Position numbers and translations under genes: made by a program. Below, piece by piece: positions 1-10,043 of a DNA stretch of 64,000 bases. The notes below the pieces were generated by a model, which worked only from the letters and a program-made list of their open reading frames with translations, had not been told where the DNA came from and did no database searches. The DNA is taken from assembly GCA_027046625.1 (NCBI GenBank), contig JALTXX010000016.1:32001-96000 (forward strand), read 5' to 3'. Numbering within the stretch: position 1 is the first letter of the stretch; every line of letters begins with the position of its first letter. The DNA comes from Candidatus Micrarchaeota archaeon (lineage in GTDB: Archaea > Iainarchaeota > Iainarchaeia > JAADDC01).

Positions 1-108
1 TATTTGGCTTTTGGTGGCACCAGGCTGGACAATAAACACTATGGTATTCTGGGTATTGATGAGGTGAACAGCCTTTTCTGATATGAGAGGGTATAGTATA
101 ACCGTCAT
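1..108 (-). CDS. rpl23: 50S ribosomal protein L23 (uL23), partial; runs off the window start
   Basis: Manual translation MTVILYPLISEKAVHLINTQNTIVFIVQPGATKSQI; ATGA overlap with the rpl4 stop; follows L3-L4 as in the S10 operon. Confidence 0.92.
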   Translation of the reverse strand, partial: MTVILYPLISEKAVHLINTQNTIVFIVQPGATKSQI

Positions 109-908
109 GCCATATCACCCATCTTTTCTATGGCTGATTTGCTCCATATTACCAGCCTTCCAGGGTGAGCGCCAGGCGCGAGATCCTCCGCATTGAGGTT
201 TCTTATCTCCTTTACATCCACTCCCGGAAGATTCCTTGCAGCTCTGTAAACAGGAGAAGGTTCCGCTACCACGATAAGGACACTCTTTGGAACCTTCTTG
301 GCTCTTCCTCTTCGCTTTCCCTTTCCTGCCCTTCTTCTTGTCCCCTCCATGGCTCTTTCCACATCTTTCCATACCCCAAGCTTTTGAAATACTTCCTTTA
401 ACTCCTTGGTGGTTTTAACATCCTCTATTCCATCTACGATGAGCGGAATGTGTTTAACATCTTCTATTCTATGGCCTCTTAGTTCTACGTATTCCTTTAT
501 TGCGGTAGCAGCTATTGCACTAAGAAGTGCTTTTTTCTTCTCCTTTTTGTTTATCTTCTGCCTCCATACCTTTTCTACCTTTGGCGGATGAGCCCTAGGA
601 CCTCCAACAGCCTGGGGTACATTAGCAACCCTTCCAAACAGAATCTCTCCCCTTTCCTTGGTTCTTGGAAGTCTAGCCCTCCCCACATTTATGGTTCTTC
701 TAAACTCCGGCAGCCTTCGCATACCTATATACTCTGCTGTAAACAACCTTCCAGCCATCTCCATACTTCCGTATGGTTGTCTTCTGGCTGATTGTATGGC
801 AAATACAGCCCTTTTAATGAGATCCTCCCTGACCTTTTCCGTGAAGGGTGATGGGAGCTCTATCTCCCCTACTATAATACCATCCGTGGAGTAGACAGGT
901 GCCTTCAT
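105..908 (-). CDS. rpl4: 50S ribosomal protein L4 (uL4), archaeal type
   Basis: GRARLPR, VPQAVGGPRAHPPK, RAGKGKRRGR and LAPGAHPGRL motifs. Confidence 0.97.
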   Translation of the reverse strand: MKAPVYSTDGIIVGEIELPSPFTEKVREDLIKRAVFAIQSARRQPYGSMEMAGRLFTAEYIGMRRLPEFRRTINVGRARLPRTKERGEILFGRVANVPQAVGGPRAHPPKVEKVWRQKINKKEKKKALLSAIAATAIKEYVELRGHRIEDVKHIPLIVDGIEDVKTTKELKEVFQKLGVWKDVERAMEGTRRRAGKGKRRGRAKKVPKSVLIVVAEPSPVYRAARNLPGVDVKEIRNLNAEDLAPGAHPGRLVIWSKSAIEKMGDMA

Positions 909-1870
909 GCCAGCTCACCCACCTTTACGCCACCAACCGATAGTGTAGTTCTGGGTGGTCTAATGGCCTTTCTAAGGGCTATGATCCTCTTTGAAGGGCC
1001 AGGAATGGAACCTTTCACTACAATATAATCAGAGGTTACAATGCCATAGTGTTTAAAGCCTGACTTGGGGGTAATAGGCTGCTCTTTTCCATTACCTATG
1101 AGAAAGATATACTTGTTATACTCAGTTCTTGTGTGGAAGCCCATCTGCCCTGGTCTTGGAACGGTCCACATTACCTTTGCAGGGTGCCATGGACCTATAG
1201 AGCCCACACCTCTCTTTGTTTTCTCTTTTTTATGCCCAAACTCAAACACGCCAAACCTTTTTACAACACCTTGGAACCCCTTACCCTTTGTAACCGCCTT
1301 TACGTCTATGTACTCTCCTGCAGAGAATACTGAAGAGATGGGAATCTCTTTGCCCAGCACCTCTTTCCCGTACTCTATAGCCCTTTCTACAGGGCCACCT
1401 ATTGCTATTTCTCCTATATCAGGGGTCTTCTTAAGCCCTATTAGCCAAGGCTGTGTGGATATGAGCAATCTAACCGCCTTTATACCATTCAGGCTTTCCG
1501 GCCATGTGTGATCTACTTTTTCTGGTGGTGTGATCCTTCTTTCCATATATTTTGGAAGCTTCTCCGCCCAGATCTCTGTGATAGTGTATAACCTCCCTCC
1601 ATTGTCTCCATAGAATCTTACACCATAAACAAAGAGGGGCGGCGTTTCTATTACTGTGGCGGCAGAGAAGACCTCTTTTCCAGAGGTTGGGGTCCTCTTC
1701 CTAGCATCTGTATAGAAAAGGTGTATCATGCCAGCTTTATAACCATAAAAGCCTAACGGCCTTGTTTCATTGGAAGAAGGCCAGCTTCTAAACCTTGGAA
1801 CGATTCTCTTTGCTCTCTTTCTTGGATAAAATGCAAGGGACCCCCTTCTGGGAGCTGTCCTTCTAGGCAT
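905..1870 (-). CDS. rpl3: 50S ribosomal protein L3 (uL3)
   Basis: PRRGSLAFYPRKRA, GYKAGM, TKGKGFQGVVKRFG and GQMGFHTRTEYNK motifs. Confidence 0.98.
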   Translation of the reverse strand: MPRRTAPRRGSLAFYPRKRAKRIVPRFRSWPSSNETRPLGFYGYKAGMIHLFYTDARKRTPTSGKEVFSAATVIETPPLFVYGVRFYGDNGGRLYTITEIWAEKLPKYMERRITPPEKVDHTWPESLNGIKAVRLLISTQPWLIGLKKTPDIGEIAIGGPVERAIEYGKEVLGKEIPISSVFSAGEYIDVKAVTKGKGFQGVVKRFGVFEFGHKKEKTKRGVGSIGPWHPAKVMWTVPRPGQMGFHTRTEYNKYIFLIGNGKEQPITPKSGFKHYGIVTSDYIVVKGSIPGPSKRIIALRKAIRPPRTTLSVGGVKVGELA

Positions 1871-1874
1871 AGAG

Positions 1875-1893
1875 TATCACCTGCCGGGTGATA
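1875..1893 (-). promoter_or_regulatory. 5'-UTR hairpin that sequesters the rpl3 Shine-Dalgarno sequence
   Basis: Minus strand TATCACC-CGGCA-GGTGATA forms a 7-bp stem whose 3' arm is the GGTGAT SD, ending 4 nt before the ATG. Confidence 0.5.
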
Positions 1894-1940
1894 TGAGAGA
1901 ACAGGAGGGGTTATAAACCTTAAAGACCCTTCCATATAGC

Positions 1941-2585
1941 ATGCTGGAGGATGTGTTGATATGGCTTCAGCAGGCTCTCATGCTGGGAGGGTTAGCACTT
2001 ATCATTACAGCCATAGGTTATGCAGTAGCTATTTTTGTGGAAGGTCTGGTGGGAAGGGCTTACAGATATTTGGGAATAAAGGAGTACATGGAGGCATCCG
2101 GATTTGAGAGAGCTATTGCCGGGATAGAATTTGAGCTTGTCATTAAGGAGTTAATAAAGTGGTGGGTATTCCTAGTATTCATCATACAGGCGGCTTCCAC
2201 TCTTGGTTTGATGGAAATAGTAAGATTCTTTTCTATTATAATGGGAGGCTATACATCTCTAACCCTGGCCATTATATACCTCTCGGGTGGTGCAATTCTA
2301 GCCCATTACCTTTACAGAAGGCTTGAGGAGGCCGGTGTGGTTGGAGGTAGACTTACCGCAAGGGTGGTAAAGTGGGTGGTCATATACATCTCCCTTGTTA
2401 CAGCATTCAGACTTGTGGGATTCAGCGGTATAGAATTCCTTAACAGGATAGTGGAACTCCTCATTACAGCCTTTGTGATAGCCTTTGGACTGGGGATGGG
2501 TATTGCCTTTGGATTGGGAGGTCAGGATACCGCTAAAAAGCTTATTGAAAAGTATAAATCCTCCCTTGAGAAGGTATTAGAATGA
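1941..2585 (+). CDS. Multi-TM membrane protein resembling the MscS N-terminal 'conserved TM helix' (CmpX-like) family
   Basis: About 5 TM helices; C-terminal GLGMGIAFGLGGQD..K motif typical of the family. Confidence 0.65.
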   Translation: MLEDVLIWLQQALMLGGLALIITAIGYAVAIFVEGLVGRAYRYLGIKEYMEASGFERAIAGIEFELVIKELIKWWVFLVFIIQAASTLGLMEIVRFFSIIMGGYTSLTLAIIYLSGGAILAHYLYRRLEEAGVVGGRLTARVVKWVVIYISLVTAFRLVGFSGIEFLNRIVELLITAFVIAFGLGMGIAFGLGGQDTAKKLIEKYKSSLEKVLE

Positions 2586-3037
2586 TCCTAGACGCCTCTT
2601 TCTTCATAAATGGAAGATACTCCCTTGTAAAAGGGGTTACCACTTCTAAAGTGGTGGAGGAGTTGAAAACTTCATCCTATGAGATATTCCTGTCCTCTGA
2701 TGTGAGAATAGAGGAACCATCACCCTGTTATGTATCCCTTGTCAGGAAAAAACTGAGAGAAATAGGGGAAAGGAAGCTTTCGGAGGCCGATATATCGGTA
2801 CTTGCGCTTTCTCTCCAGAGGAAAGAGCCCCTTGTAACGGATGACTATAATCTGCAGAATGTAGCCTTATTATTGGGCATAGAGGTTTACGACACTGGTA
2901 TGGGGAGAGTGAGGAGTATCAGGGTATATGAAAGGAAATGCCCAGTTTGTGGAAAGAGAACAGAGAAAGAAATATGTACATCCTGTGGAACAAAAACAAA
3001 AGTTAATGCTATTCCAGCTGGGAAAGGTGGGAAATAA
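2582..3037 (+). CDS. nob1: Nob1-like PIN endonuclease with Zn ribbon
   Basis: ILDAS, LSEADISVLAL and TDDYNLQNVA PIN motifs; CPVC...CTSC. Confidence 0.88.
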   Translation: MILDASFFINGRYSLVKGVTTSKVVEELKTSSYEIFLSSDVRIEEPSPCYVSLVRKKLREIGERKLSEADISVLALSLQRKEPLVTDDYNLQNVALLLGIEVYDTGMGRVRSIRVYERKCPVCGKRTEKEICTSCGTKTKVNAIPAGKGGK

Positions 3038-3686
3038 TCTTTACAATAAGGTTTTTTATCCTCTCTCTGAAGAAGTACAGTGCCAGCAATACAAGGAATA
3101 AGGCAATCCATTCCATCTGGAAGGATAGCATGTACTTTGAGATGGAAGGAACTGTATAAAGTTGGGGGTAGCGATATACCAACCTAAAAGGCTCCCCTGA
3201 TTGTAGGGGACCCCTCCATACAATATAATTCTCTCCCATCTCTTGAGGCTCGGGGGAAACACTCTCTATGTAACCTTTGGGAACTTCTATCTTGATGGAC
3301 ATCTTTCCGGGAAGTACTATTAGACCTCCTGATAGTGGAAGCTTAAAGCTATCAAAAAGGAAGGTTTTCCACAATATCTCATTCCTTATTTCTCTTGCAT
3401 TGCAGGTATAGTTTACAACGATGGATGGGGCGATCTCCCTCACGATGGACAGGGAAACCCTTTTTGCTTCGCATAGGAAGGTATCGAGCATTTCTATTTC
3501 ATACTTCCACAGGGAATACCTAAAGCCTATCTCAGAGGCTATTCTTCCAAGATTCTGCTCTAAATCCGAGGAAAAGTAGTAGGTTTGTTGCACCTTTAGG
3601 ATAGGACCCTCTGCAACTGCATAAACATCTATCTGAAGTGGTTGTATGGCTCCGTATGCAAGGGGGATGAGGAGGAGCCAAAGCAT
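3009..3686 (-). CDS. Hypothetical exported protein with C-terminal TM anchor
   Basis: N-terminal signal peptide MLWLLLIPLAYG; C-terminal hydrophobic helix plus basic tail. Confidence 0.7.
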   Translation of the reverse strand: MLWLLLIPLAYGAIQPLQIDVYAVAEGPILKVQQTYYFSSDLEQNLGRIASEIGFRYSLWKYEIEMLDTFLCEAKRVSLSIVREIAPSIVVNYTCNAREIRNEILWKTFLFDSFKLPLSGGLIVLPGKMSIKIEVPKGYIESVSPEPQEMGENYIVWRGPLQSGEPFRLVYRYPQLYTVPSISKYMLSFQMEWIALFLVLLALYFFRERIKNLIVKIISHLSQLE

Positions 3687-3708
3687 GTATAACTATAGAT
3701 CTGGTAAC

Positions 3709-4605
3709 TTATAACTCTACGGTCATAAGATCTTCCGCCACCTCTACATAAGGGAAAACTTCTTTCGCCTCCTCTAGGAGAGGAGTGGGATCTCTGTAAC
3801 GAGGAGAGATATGATAAAGGAATAGTTTCTTTGCACCTATCTTTTTTGCCACCTCGGCAGCCTGTCTTGCGGTGGAATGTTTTACCTCCTCTGCTTTTTC
3901 CCTTTCTCCTTCCCCAAAGGCACTATCATGGATGAGATAGTCTACAGGAGGTATATAGGTGGGTGCGGTATCCACGAAATAGCCTATAGATCTACCCTTT
4001 ACAAGGGTAGTATACTCCTCGGGAGAGAGCTCTATACCATTCCAGGTGACTGTCTCTCCAGCCTTTAACCTTCTGTATATTCTCCAATCATTTACACCTA
4101 CCTTTTCTAGCTTATCTTTTAGCAGCTTCCTCCTGTCTTTCTCCCTGAATATATATCCAAAGGTCTCTGTTGTATGGTCAAGCCTCACGGCTTCTATGTG
4201 GAACTCCCTCCCCTCAAATATGGTGCCTTCCCTTACAGGGATCCACGCAATGGGGAAAAGGGGAAAGAGGGGGATTGCATGTACTAACCATCTCACCCTT
4301 CTAAGGGCTGTTGGGGGGAGAAAAATGTAGAGAGGTTTCCTTCGGTTGTTTAACAACATGGTGTTTATAATGCCAGGCAGCCCAAATACATGATCTCCAT
4401 GGAGATGGGTAATGAATATGGCGTCTATGGAGGTGGGAGATATGCCTGCAAGTGTTAGCTGCCTCTGTGTGCCCTCTCCACAATCAAACAAAATACTATA
4501 CCCGTTGTAGGATATGTGGACGGCTGGGAGACCCCTTTCCTTGGTAGGTACAGATGCAGATGTCCCAAGGAAGGTTAGCCTTATGGGCTGCATAGAAATA
4601 CCCAC
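3709..4605 (-). CDS. rnz: Ribonuclease Z (tRNA 3' endonuclease)
   Basis: FLGTSASVPTKER, DCGEGTQRQ, THLHGDH, HST and HISPRY motifs; true start may be Met at 4593. Confidence 0.95.
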   Translation of the reverse strand: MGISMQPIRLTFLGTSASVPTKERGLPAVHISYNGYSILFDCGEGTQRQLTLAGISPTSIDAIFITHLHGDHVFGLPGIINTMLLNNRRKPLYIFLPPTALRRVRWLVHAIPLFPLFPIAWIPVREGTIFEGREFHIEAVRLDHTTETFGYIFREKDRRKLLKDKLEKVGVNDWRIYRRLKAGETVTWNGIELSPEEYTTLVKGRSIGYFVDTAPTYIPPVDYLIHDSAFGEGEREKAEEVKHSTARQAAEVAKKIGAKKLFLYHISPRYRDPTPLLEEAKEVFPYVEVAEDLMTVEL

Positions 4606-5492
4606 CTCGTAAGGGAAGAGTGTACCCTTCTCCTTAACTGTTTAACGATGGTAAATCCACTCTTCTCAATGAGGGCAGATCCATCAAAGGGAAGCACAAT
4701 AACAAGGGATTTTCTCACTATGTTGTGGGCCCTCTTCAGGAATCTATAGTAAAGATCCCTCCCCCTTAGGGTGGAGGATCTGCCGTAGGGAGGGTCTGTA
4801 ACTATGATGTCAACCTCTTCCTCCACCTTTAGGGCATCCCCTCTATAAACATCGCCCCTTATCCTGTAGTATTCCAAATTTCTCTTACACCCCTCCACCA
4901 TATCCTCCCTTATGTCAACTCCTATAACCTTTGCCCTTATCAGTCCAGCCTCTATCAGTATGCCACCAGCTCCACAGAAGGGGTCTAATACCGTATCTCC
5001 TCTCATTACCCCTGCTGCATTTACTAACAGTCTAGCATCTCTCGCATTCATAGATGAGGGATGGAAGAATGGCCTGTTTCTTGCATCTCGAGAGGAGAAA
5101 TCTTTACCCTTTATTATCTTTGCATGAGAGAGTACGTGGTATTTATCCCCCTTGTGTACGTATATGACGTTTTTAGGATGTTCTAGGTCAACCTTTCCAT
5201 CTAACCACCAGCCTACCTTCTCAGTAATGACCCCTCTAACTGCAAACGGACTCTTTAACACCCATCTCCTGAGACTCACTATCTTCTCTGGTATTTCTCC
5301 TTCTCTTCTAAAGGAGAACTCATATCTTCCCACAACCTTTGCAAAGGCAAGCTGATAGAACCTATCGTGGTAACGGGAGACGTAGAGATTTTTATCCAAT
5401 CTTTTGAACTTAGCTCCCAGTGCTCTTGAAATGCCCGTTATCTCCATAAGAAGCTCCCCTTTTAGTCCCCCGTCTACAATGCCTACCTTCAC
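4581..5492 (-). CDS. trm11: tRNA (guanine-10-N2) methyltransferase (Trm11/TrmG10 family)
   Basis: RPFFHPSSM, LDPFCGAGGILIEA and TDPPYG motifs; start moved to GTG at 5492 because the ORF-track extension overlaps lonB. Confidence 0.85.
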   Translation of the reverse strand: MKVGIVDGGLKGELLMEITGISRALGAKFKRLDKNLYVSRYHDRFYQLAFAKVVGRYEFSFRREGEIPEKIVSLRRWVLKSPFAVRGVITEKVGWWLDGKVDLEHPKNVIYVHKGDKYHVLSHAKIIKGKDFSSRDARNRPFFHPSSMNARDARLLVNAAGVMRGDTVLDPFCGAGGILIEAGLIRAKVIGVDIREDMVEGCKRNLEYYRIRGDVYRGDALKVEEEVDIIVTDPPYGRSSTLRGRDLYYRFLKRAHNIVRKSLVIVLPFDGSALIEKSGFTIVKQLRRRVHSSLTRWVFLCSP

Positions 5493-5525
5493 GTTTTTAA
5501 CAGCATTGTAACAACTTAAACACGT

Positions 5526-7400
5526 ATGGATTTCCGTACCACAGAAGAGATACCTGTACCTGAAAGGCTTATAGACCAGGTTATAGGACAGGAAAGGGCT
5601 GTATCTACTGTAAAACGTGCGGTTAAGCAGAGAAGGCATGTTATGTTGGTTGGTCCCCCCGGCACAGGTAAGTCTATGCTTGCCAGAGCGGTGGCAGAAC
5701 TCCTGCCGGCTAAGGATCTGGAAGATATTCTTGTGTACCCCAACTTCAAGGATGAAAATACTCCACTCATAAGAACCGTTCCTGCAGGGCAGGGAAAGCT
5801 CATTGTGGAAAGGGAACGTATGGAGGCAATAAGAAGAGCTCAGCGAACTGCTTTGTTGTTTCTAATTCTTCCGCTACTGTTTGGTACATTTTTAACCTAT
5901 TTGTGGTACACAAAGGCCATCTCAGATATTGTGTATGTAGGATTTCTGGTTACTATTACTATACTTACTGGTATTTCCATGTTTGCCATGAATACAAGGT
6001 TTAATCCAGAGAATGAGGTACCAAAGCTCCTGGTAGACAATAGTGAGAGAAAAACAGCACCTTTCATAGATGCCACAGGCGCGAGGGCTGGTGCCATGTT
6101 GGGAGACGTAAGACATGACCCTTTCCAGAGTGGTGGTTTAGGAACCCCTGCGCATTTGAGGGTGGAGCCAGGAGCTATTCACAGAGCTCATAAGGGTGTT
6201 TTGTTCATAGATGAGATAGGAACGTTACCATATTACATCCAGCAAGAACTACTTACAGCCATACAGGAGAAAAAATATCCTATAAAAGGGCAAAGTGAAC
6301 GCTCTGCAGGCGCTATGGTAAAAACAGAGCCTGTACCATGTGATTTTGTGCTTATAGTGGCGGGAAACGTAGAAGATATAAGGAGGATGCACCCCGCTCT
6401 TAGATCAAGAATAAAGGGGTATGGATATGAAGTTTACCTCAACGAATATATGGATGACAATGAGGAAAATAGATACAAACTAGCTCAGTTTGTGGCCCAA
6501 GAGGTAAAAAAGGATGGCAAAATCCCCCACTTTACCAGGGAGGCCGTTGAAATAATCATTAGAGAGGCAAGACGCATGTCCGGTAAGAAGGGAAAGCTAA
6601 CCCTTAGATTGAGGGAATTGGGAGGCATTGTGAGAGCTGCAGGGGATATAGCCAAGGAGAAAGGTCATAAGTATGTACTACCCGAGGATGTGGAGGAAGC
6701 CATATCCATTGCAAAACCTTTGGAGGATCAGATTGCAGAGCGTATAGCGGAGAATCAGAGGGAATATTCCGTAATACTAACGGAAGGCTATGTGGTGGGG
6801 AGAGTAAACGGACTTGCAGTTTTGGGTAACTCTAACAAGGGAGTAGTTATACCCATAGAGGCGGAGGTGGCACCGGCCCAATCCAGAGAGGGCGGTAGAA
6901 TTATTGCAACAGGGGGCCTTATGAGAATAGCAAAGGAAGCTGTTTCCAACGTATCAGCCATTGTAAAGAAGGTAACCAGCAAGGATCTGAAGGATTATGA
7001 CATACATGTGCAATTTTTACAGACATACCACGGAGTGGAGGGAGACTCTGCGTCCGTTTCCGTGGCAACCGCTATCATATCAGCCCTCGAAGGAATTCCC
7101 GTAGATCAGTCAGTAGCAATGACAGGATCCCTCTCTGTGAGGGGCGAAGTGCTACCTGTAGGAGGTGTATCTGCAAAAATAATGGCCGCATACGAGGCAG
7201 GCATAAGGAAAGTAATAGTGCCCTATGCAAATAGGGGAGATATAAACCTCCCGGAAGAGGTGAGAGACAGAGTGGAGATTATATACGTCAAGAGAATAGA
7301 CGAGGTACTCAGGTATGCATTGAAGAGGGATAATAGGCTGGAAAAGATACTTGATGCTCTATCCTCACTCTTTACCTCTGTTGCACCTTCTCCGGGCTGA
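5526..7400 (+). CDS. lonB: ATP-dependent protease LonB, membrane-anchored
   Basis: Walker A GPPGTGKS, two TM helices inserted in the AAA domain, GDSAS catalytic Ser, PVGGVSAK Lys. Confidence 0.97.
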   Translation: MDFRTTEEIPVPERLIDQVIGQERAVSTVKRAVKQRRHVMLVGPPGTGKSMLARAVAELLPAKDLEDILVYPNFKDENTPLIRTVPAGQGKLIVERERMEAIRRAQRTALLFLILPLLFGTFLTYLWYTKAISDIVYVGFLVTITILTGISMFAMNTRFNPENEVPKLLVDNSERKTAPFIDATGARAGAMLGDVRHDPFQSGGLGTPAHLRVEPGAIHRAHKGVLFIDEIGTLPYYIQQELLTAIQEKKYPIKGQSERSAGAMVKTEPVPCDFVLIVAGNVEDIRRMHPALRSRIKGYGYEVYLNEYMDDNEENRYKLAQFVAQEVKKDGKIPHFTREAVEIIIREARRMSGKKGKLTLRLRELGGIVRAAGDIAKEKGHKYVLPEDVEEAISIAKPLEDQIAERIAENQREYSVILTEGYVVGRVNGLAVLGNSNKGVVIPIEAEVAPAQSREGGRIIATGGLMRIAKEAVSNVSAIVKKVTSKDLKDYDIHVQFLQTYHGVEGDSASVSVATAIISALEGIPVDQSVAMTGSLSVRGEVLPVGGVSAKIMAAYEAGIRKVIVPYANRGDINLPEEVRDRVEIIYVKRIDEVLRYALKRDNRLEKILDALSSLFTSVAPSPG

Positions 7401-8505
7401 TGATGAAACCAATGGGGGACTGGGGTTTTAGGAGCTCCCTAAGGTATGAGGTGGCATACGTGCCGGCCGGCAAGAAAAAAGAAACGGTGTTGCCCTCTAC
7501 CCTTAGGTGTTTGGGGTACTCTATAGTGTTTCTCTCTTCCCCATAGGTGGAAAATCGTTTCCATCGTTTGAAGTGCTCCTTTGTGATGCCATCCTCATCC
7601 AGTAGCTCCTTTTCCACCCCAGAAGGAAACACCTTGTAGCCAGGGACGATAAGGGTATCCTCGTTTGAGATGGAAAGAGCCTTGTTGAATATATAGGATT
7701 GGTATGCGTGAATAAAGAGGGAAATAAGATTAGGAGGGAGGGATAGAAGAGCAGACTTGAAATCCTTGCCCTTTGAAAGTTCAGACAGTATGCTTCTCTC
7801 CTTTCTCAGATTATGAGGAAAGTACCGGAGAGCCTCCTTAATATTCCACTCTTTCTCCAACCTCCTTCTGGCTTCCTGGGTTTCTGGTGGCTCCCATGGG
7901 GATGTGGCTGTTAGATACACCCTTACCGCCTCCTCAAAGTCCTCAAGGAGGATATACTTTCCAACTCTGTGGGACACAAACCTATAAGAGCCAAACCTCT
8001 GATGGCCAAAGTAGTTTAGAAACTTTTCGGGTACCCACTCAAGATTGCATCCGTATATTCTTACCCTAAACCAGTTTCCCTTTAGCTGACCTCTTCTAAG
8101 CTTTCTTCTCATATAAATGGGTGTGTGGAAAGCCACATCCTTAATATTCAAAGATCTGATATCCCCCCATTTTACCTTCCAGAGGCTTATCCATTGAGCG
8201 GTGAGTGCAAATTTATCCTTTGTTCCCGCAAAGGATATTCTGCTCCGAGAAATATGAAGTTCTCTTGCGATCTTCCTTATAATATCGTTGGTGTCCCAGT
8301 CCCTTTTTTCCATTACCACATAAAGATACTCCCCTTCTCCCTCTGGCTTCATGGGAGCTTTCTGATTGTTTAAGATGCGTATGGAAGCCTTTCCCAAAGG
8401 ACCTTCTTCTTCTACCACAAAATCCTCAGGCTCTCTTCTTGTATAGCCCCTACATTCTTCCCTGTAGAGATACCGTTCTATACCTATCTCTCTTTCCCAC
8501 TCCAT
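7372..8505 (-). CDS. truD: tRNA pseudouridine(13) synthase TruD
   Basis: PEDFVVEE, AGTKDK.A.TAQ, NYFGHQRFG and GTYATSYLRE motifs; start set at MEWERE. Confidence 0.93.
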   Translation of the reverse strand: MEWEREIGIERYLYREECRGYTRREPEDFVVEEEGPLGKASIRILNNQKAPMKPEGEGEYLYVVMEKRDWDTNDIIRKIARELHISRSRISFAGTKDKFALTAQWISLWKVKWGDIRSLNIKDVAFHTPIYMRRKLRRGQLKGNWFRVRIYGCNLEWVPEKFLNYFGHQRFGSYRFVSHRVGKYILLEDFEEAVRVYLTATSPWEPPETQEARRRLEKEWNIKEALRYFPHNLRKERSILSELSKGKDFKSALLSLPPNLISLFIHAYQSYIFNKALSISNEDTLIVPGYKVFPSGVEKELLDEDGITKEHFKRWKRFSTYGEERNTIEYPKHLRVEGNTVSFFLPAGTYATSYLRELLKPQSPIGFIISPEKVQQR

Positions 8506-10043
8506 ACTCTCACCAGATACACACCCACACCCATTGCAAGTAGTATGAGGAAGATGGAGAGTGGTTGTAGAAGGATGGTGGTGCCTATACTTGCCCATAG
8601 GGAGAGAATAAGGACTAAAATGAGAAGGGATAGAAGAGCAGACTTGTAGGAAGTGTCTTTGTATTTCATGTATCGCATTCTGAACTCAAGAAATCTTGAG
8701 ATGCGCTCTCTTATTTCGAGTAGTAGTTTTGATATAGGGTAAAGAAGTAGCACAAGCATTATGAGGGAAAGTACCTTGTTATCCTTCTCTATTGACCAGA
8801 AGAATAGGTAGATGATGGCTATAAGAGCCAATATATATGGTATTGTGCTCTTTCCCTCCCTTGGGATATATAAGGGCACATAGGGAGTGTCTGGAAGAGG
8901 AAGATACTTTCTGAACACCTTTACAACGGTGACTTCTTTCTTCCACAAGATGTTTGAAAGGATGTTTGTAATTACAATAGCCACAAACACAGCTCCCATG
9001 ATCTCCTCAGAACGAGGAATGCCTACACTTGCTGCAACTGCTGCAAAGAACAGCGAAAACTCACCTAGGGGAAGATCTAACATAAAGAAGCGAGCAGCAG
9101 ACCTAATGGAATTACCCAGAAGCGGCATTACCGAAGAGGCAGAAAGTACAGCAACTAGCTGAGCTATAGACAGTAATAAACCCAGTAGGATACTTTCAAA
9201 GGTGAAAAGTGGGGAATATAGAAAGCCTATAGATGTGAAGAACACTATTACAAAGAGTCGTTTGAGGGGTTCTAAGTCTCTCTCTATACGGGGAACAGCT
9301 GTAAGCTCTGATATGGACATGCCTGCAAAAAACGCACCAAGGGTTGGTGGTATCCCAAGGAGAGAGAATCCATAGGAAAACACTACCAATGCCCCCACGG
9401 AGAATACTACTAATGTCTCTGGCTTAATATACCTGCCAGCAAGATGAAATAACAGGCGGGATATGTATATACCCACTGTAAGGAGGAGAATTAACACCAT
9501 TGATGTATGGAGTACCGCTGTAAGGATATCCTCACCTCTGCTGAGTAACAGGGTAATAAAGATAACGGAGAAAATGTCCTCCAATATAAGCATTGATAGC
9601 GCAGTTCTAGCCTCCACAGAGTGCTGCATACGCCTCTCTAGGATGGTGTTCGAGATGATTCCTGTGGAACTCACGGCTGTGGCCGCCCCTGCAACTATGG
9701 ATGTTTCCATAGGAAACCCAAGAAGGGTAGCTCCTATAAACCCAAGAAGAAAACCCACACCACTTTTTATAGGTGATAATACAATAGCTTGTACACCAAA
9801 TTGAAGGAATTTTCTGACATTAAACTCCATACCTATGTAAAATAGCAACATTGCGATGCCAAGTTCTGCAAACAGGGATATAAGTTCCCTCCCCTCCGGA
9901 TACATCATGCCCAGGAAGTACCCTGCGGATGCGTATCCCAATACACCTGGCAGCCCCACTCTCTCAAAAAGAGATCCTAAGATTACCGCAACAAATACCA
10001 CTATACCCAGCTGGAGTAGTAACGTATTTTCTGGAGTAGCCAC
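8484..10043 (-). CDS. Cation:proton antiporter (CPA2/KefB-like) with extra C-terminal TM helices
   Basis: ELGIAMLLFYIGMEF, SSTGII, LILEDI, LGAFFAG and GEFSL motifs. Confidence 0.88.
   Translation of the reverse strand: MATPENTLLLQLGIVVFVAVILGSLFERVGLPGVLGYASAGYFLGMMYPEGRELISLFAELGIAMLLFYIGMEFNVRKFLQFGVQAIVLSPIKSGVGFLLGFIGATLLGFPMETSIVAGAATAVSSTGIISNTILERRMQHSVEARTALSMLILEDIFSVIFITLLLSRGEDILTAVLHTSMVLILLLTVGIYISRLLFHLAGRYIKPETLVVFSVGALVVFSYGFSLLGIPPTLGAFFAGMSISELTAVPRIERDLEPLKRLFVIVFFTSIGFLYSPLFTFESILLGLLLSIAQLVAVLSASSVMPLLGNSIRSAARFFMLDLPLGEFSLFFAAVAASVGIPRSEEIMGAVFVAIVITNILSNILWKKEVTVVKVFRKYLPLPDTPYVPLYIPREGKSTIPYILALIAIIYLFFWSIEKDNKVLSLIMLVLLLYPISKLLLEIRERISRFLEFRMRYMKYKDTSYKSALLSLLILVLILSLWASIGTTILLQPLSIFLILLAMGVGVYLVRVWSGKER

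Noticed and set aside
7397-7450. Possible C/D sRNA starting at ATGATGA after lonB
   Set aside because: No convincing C' or D box; lies antisense within the truD coding sequence
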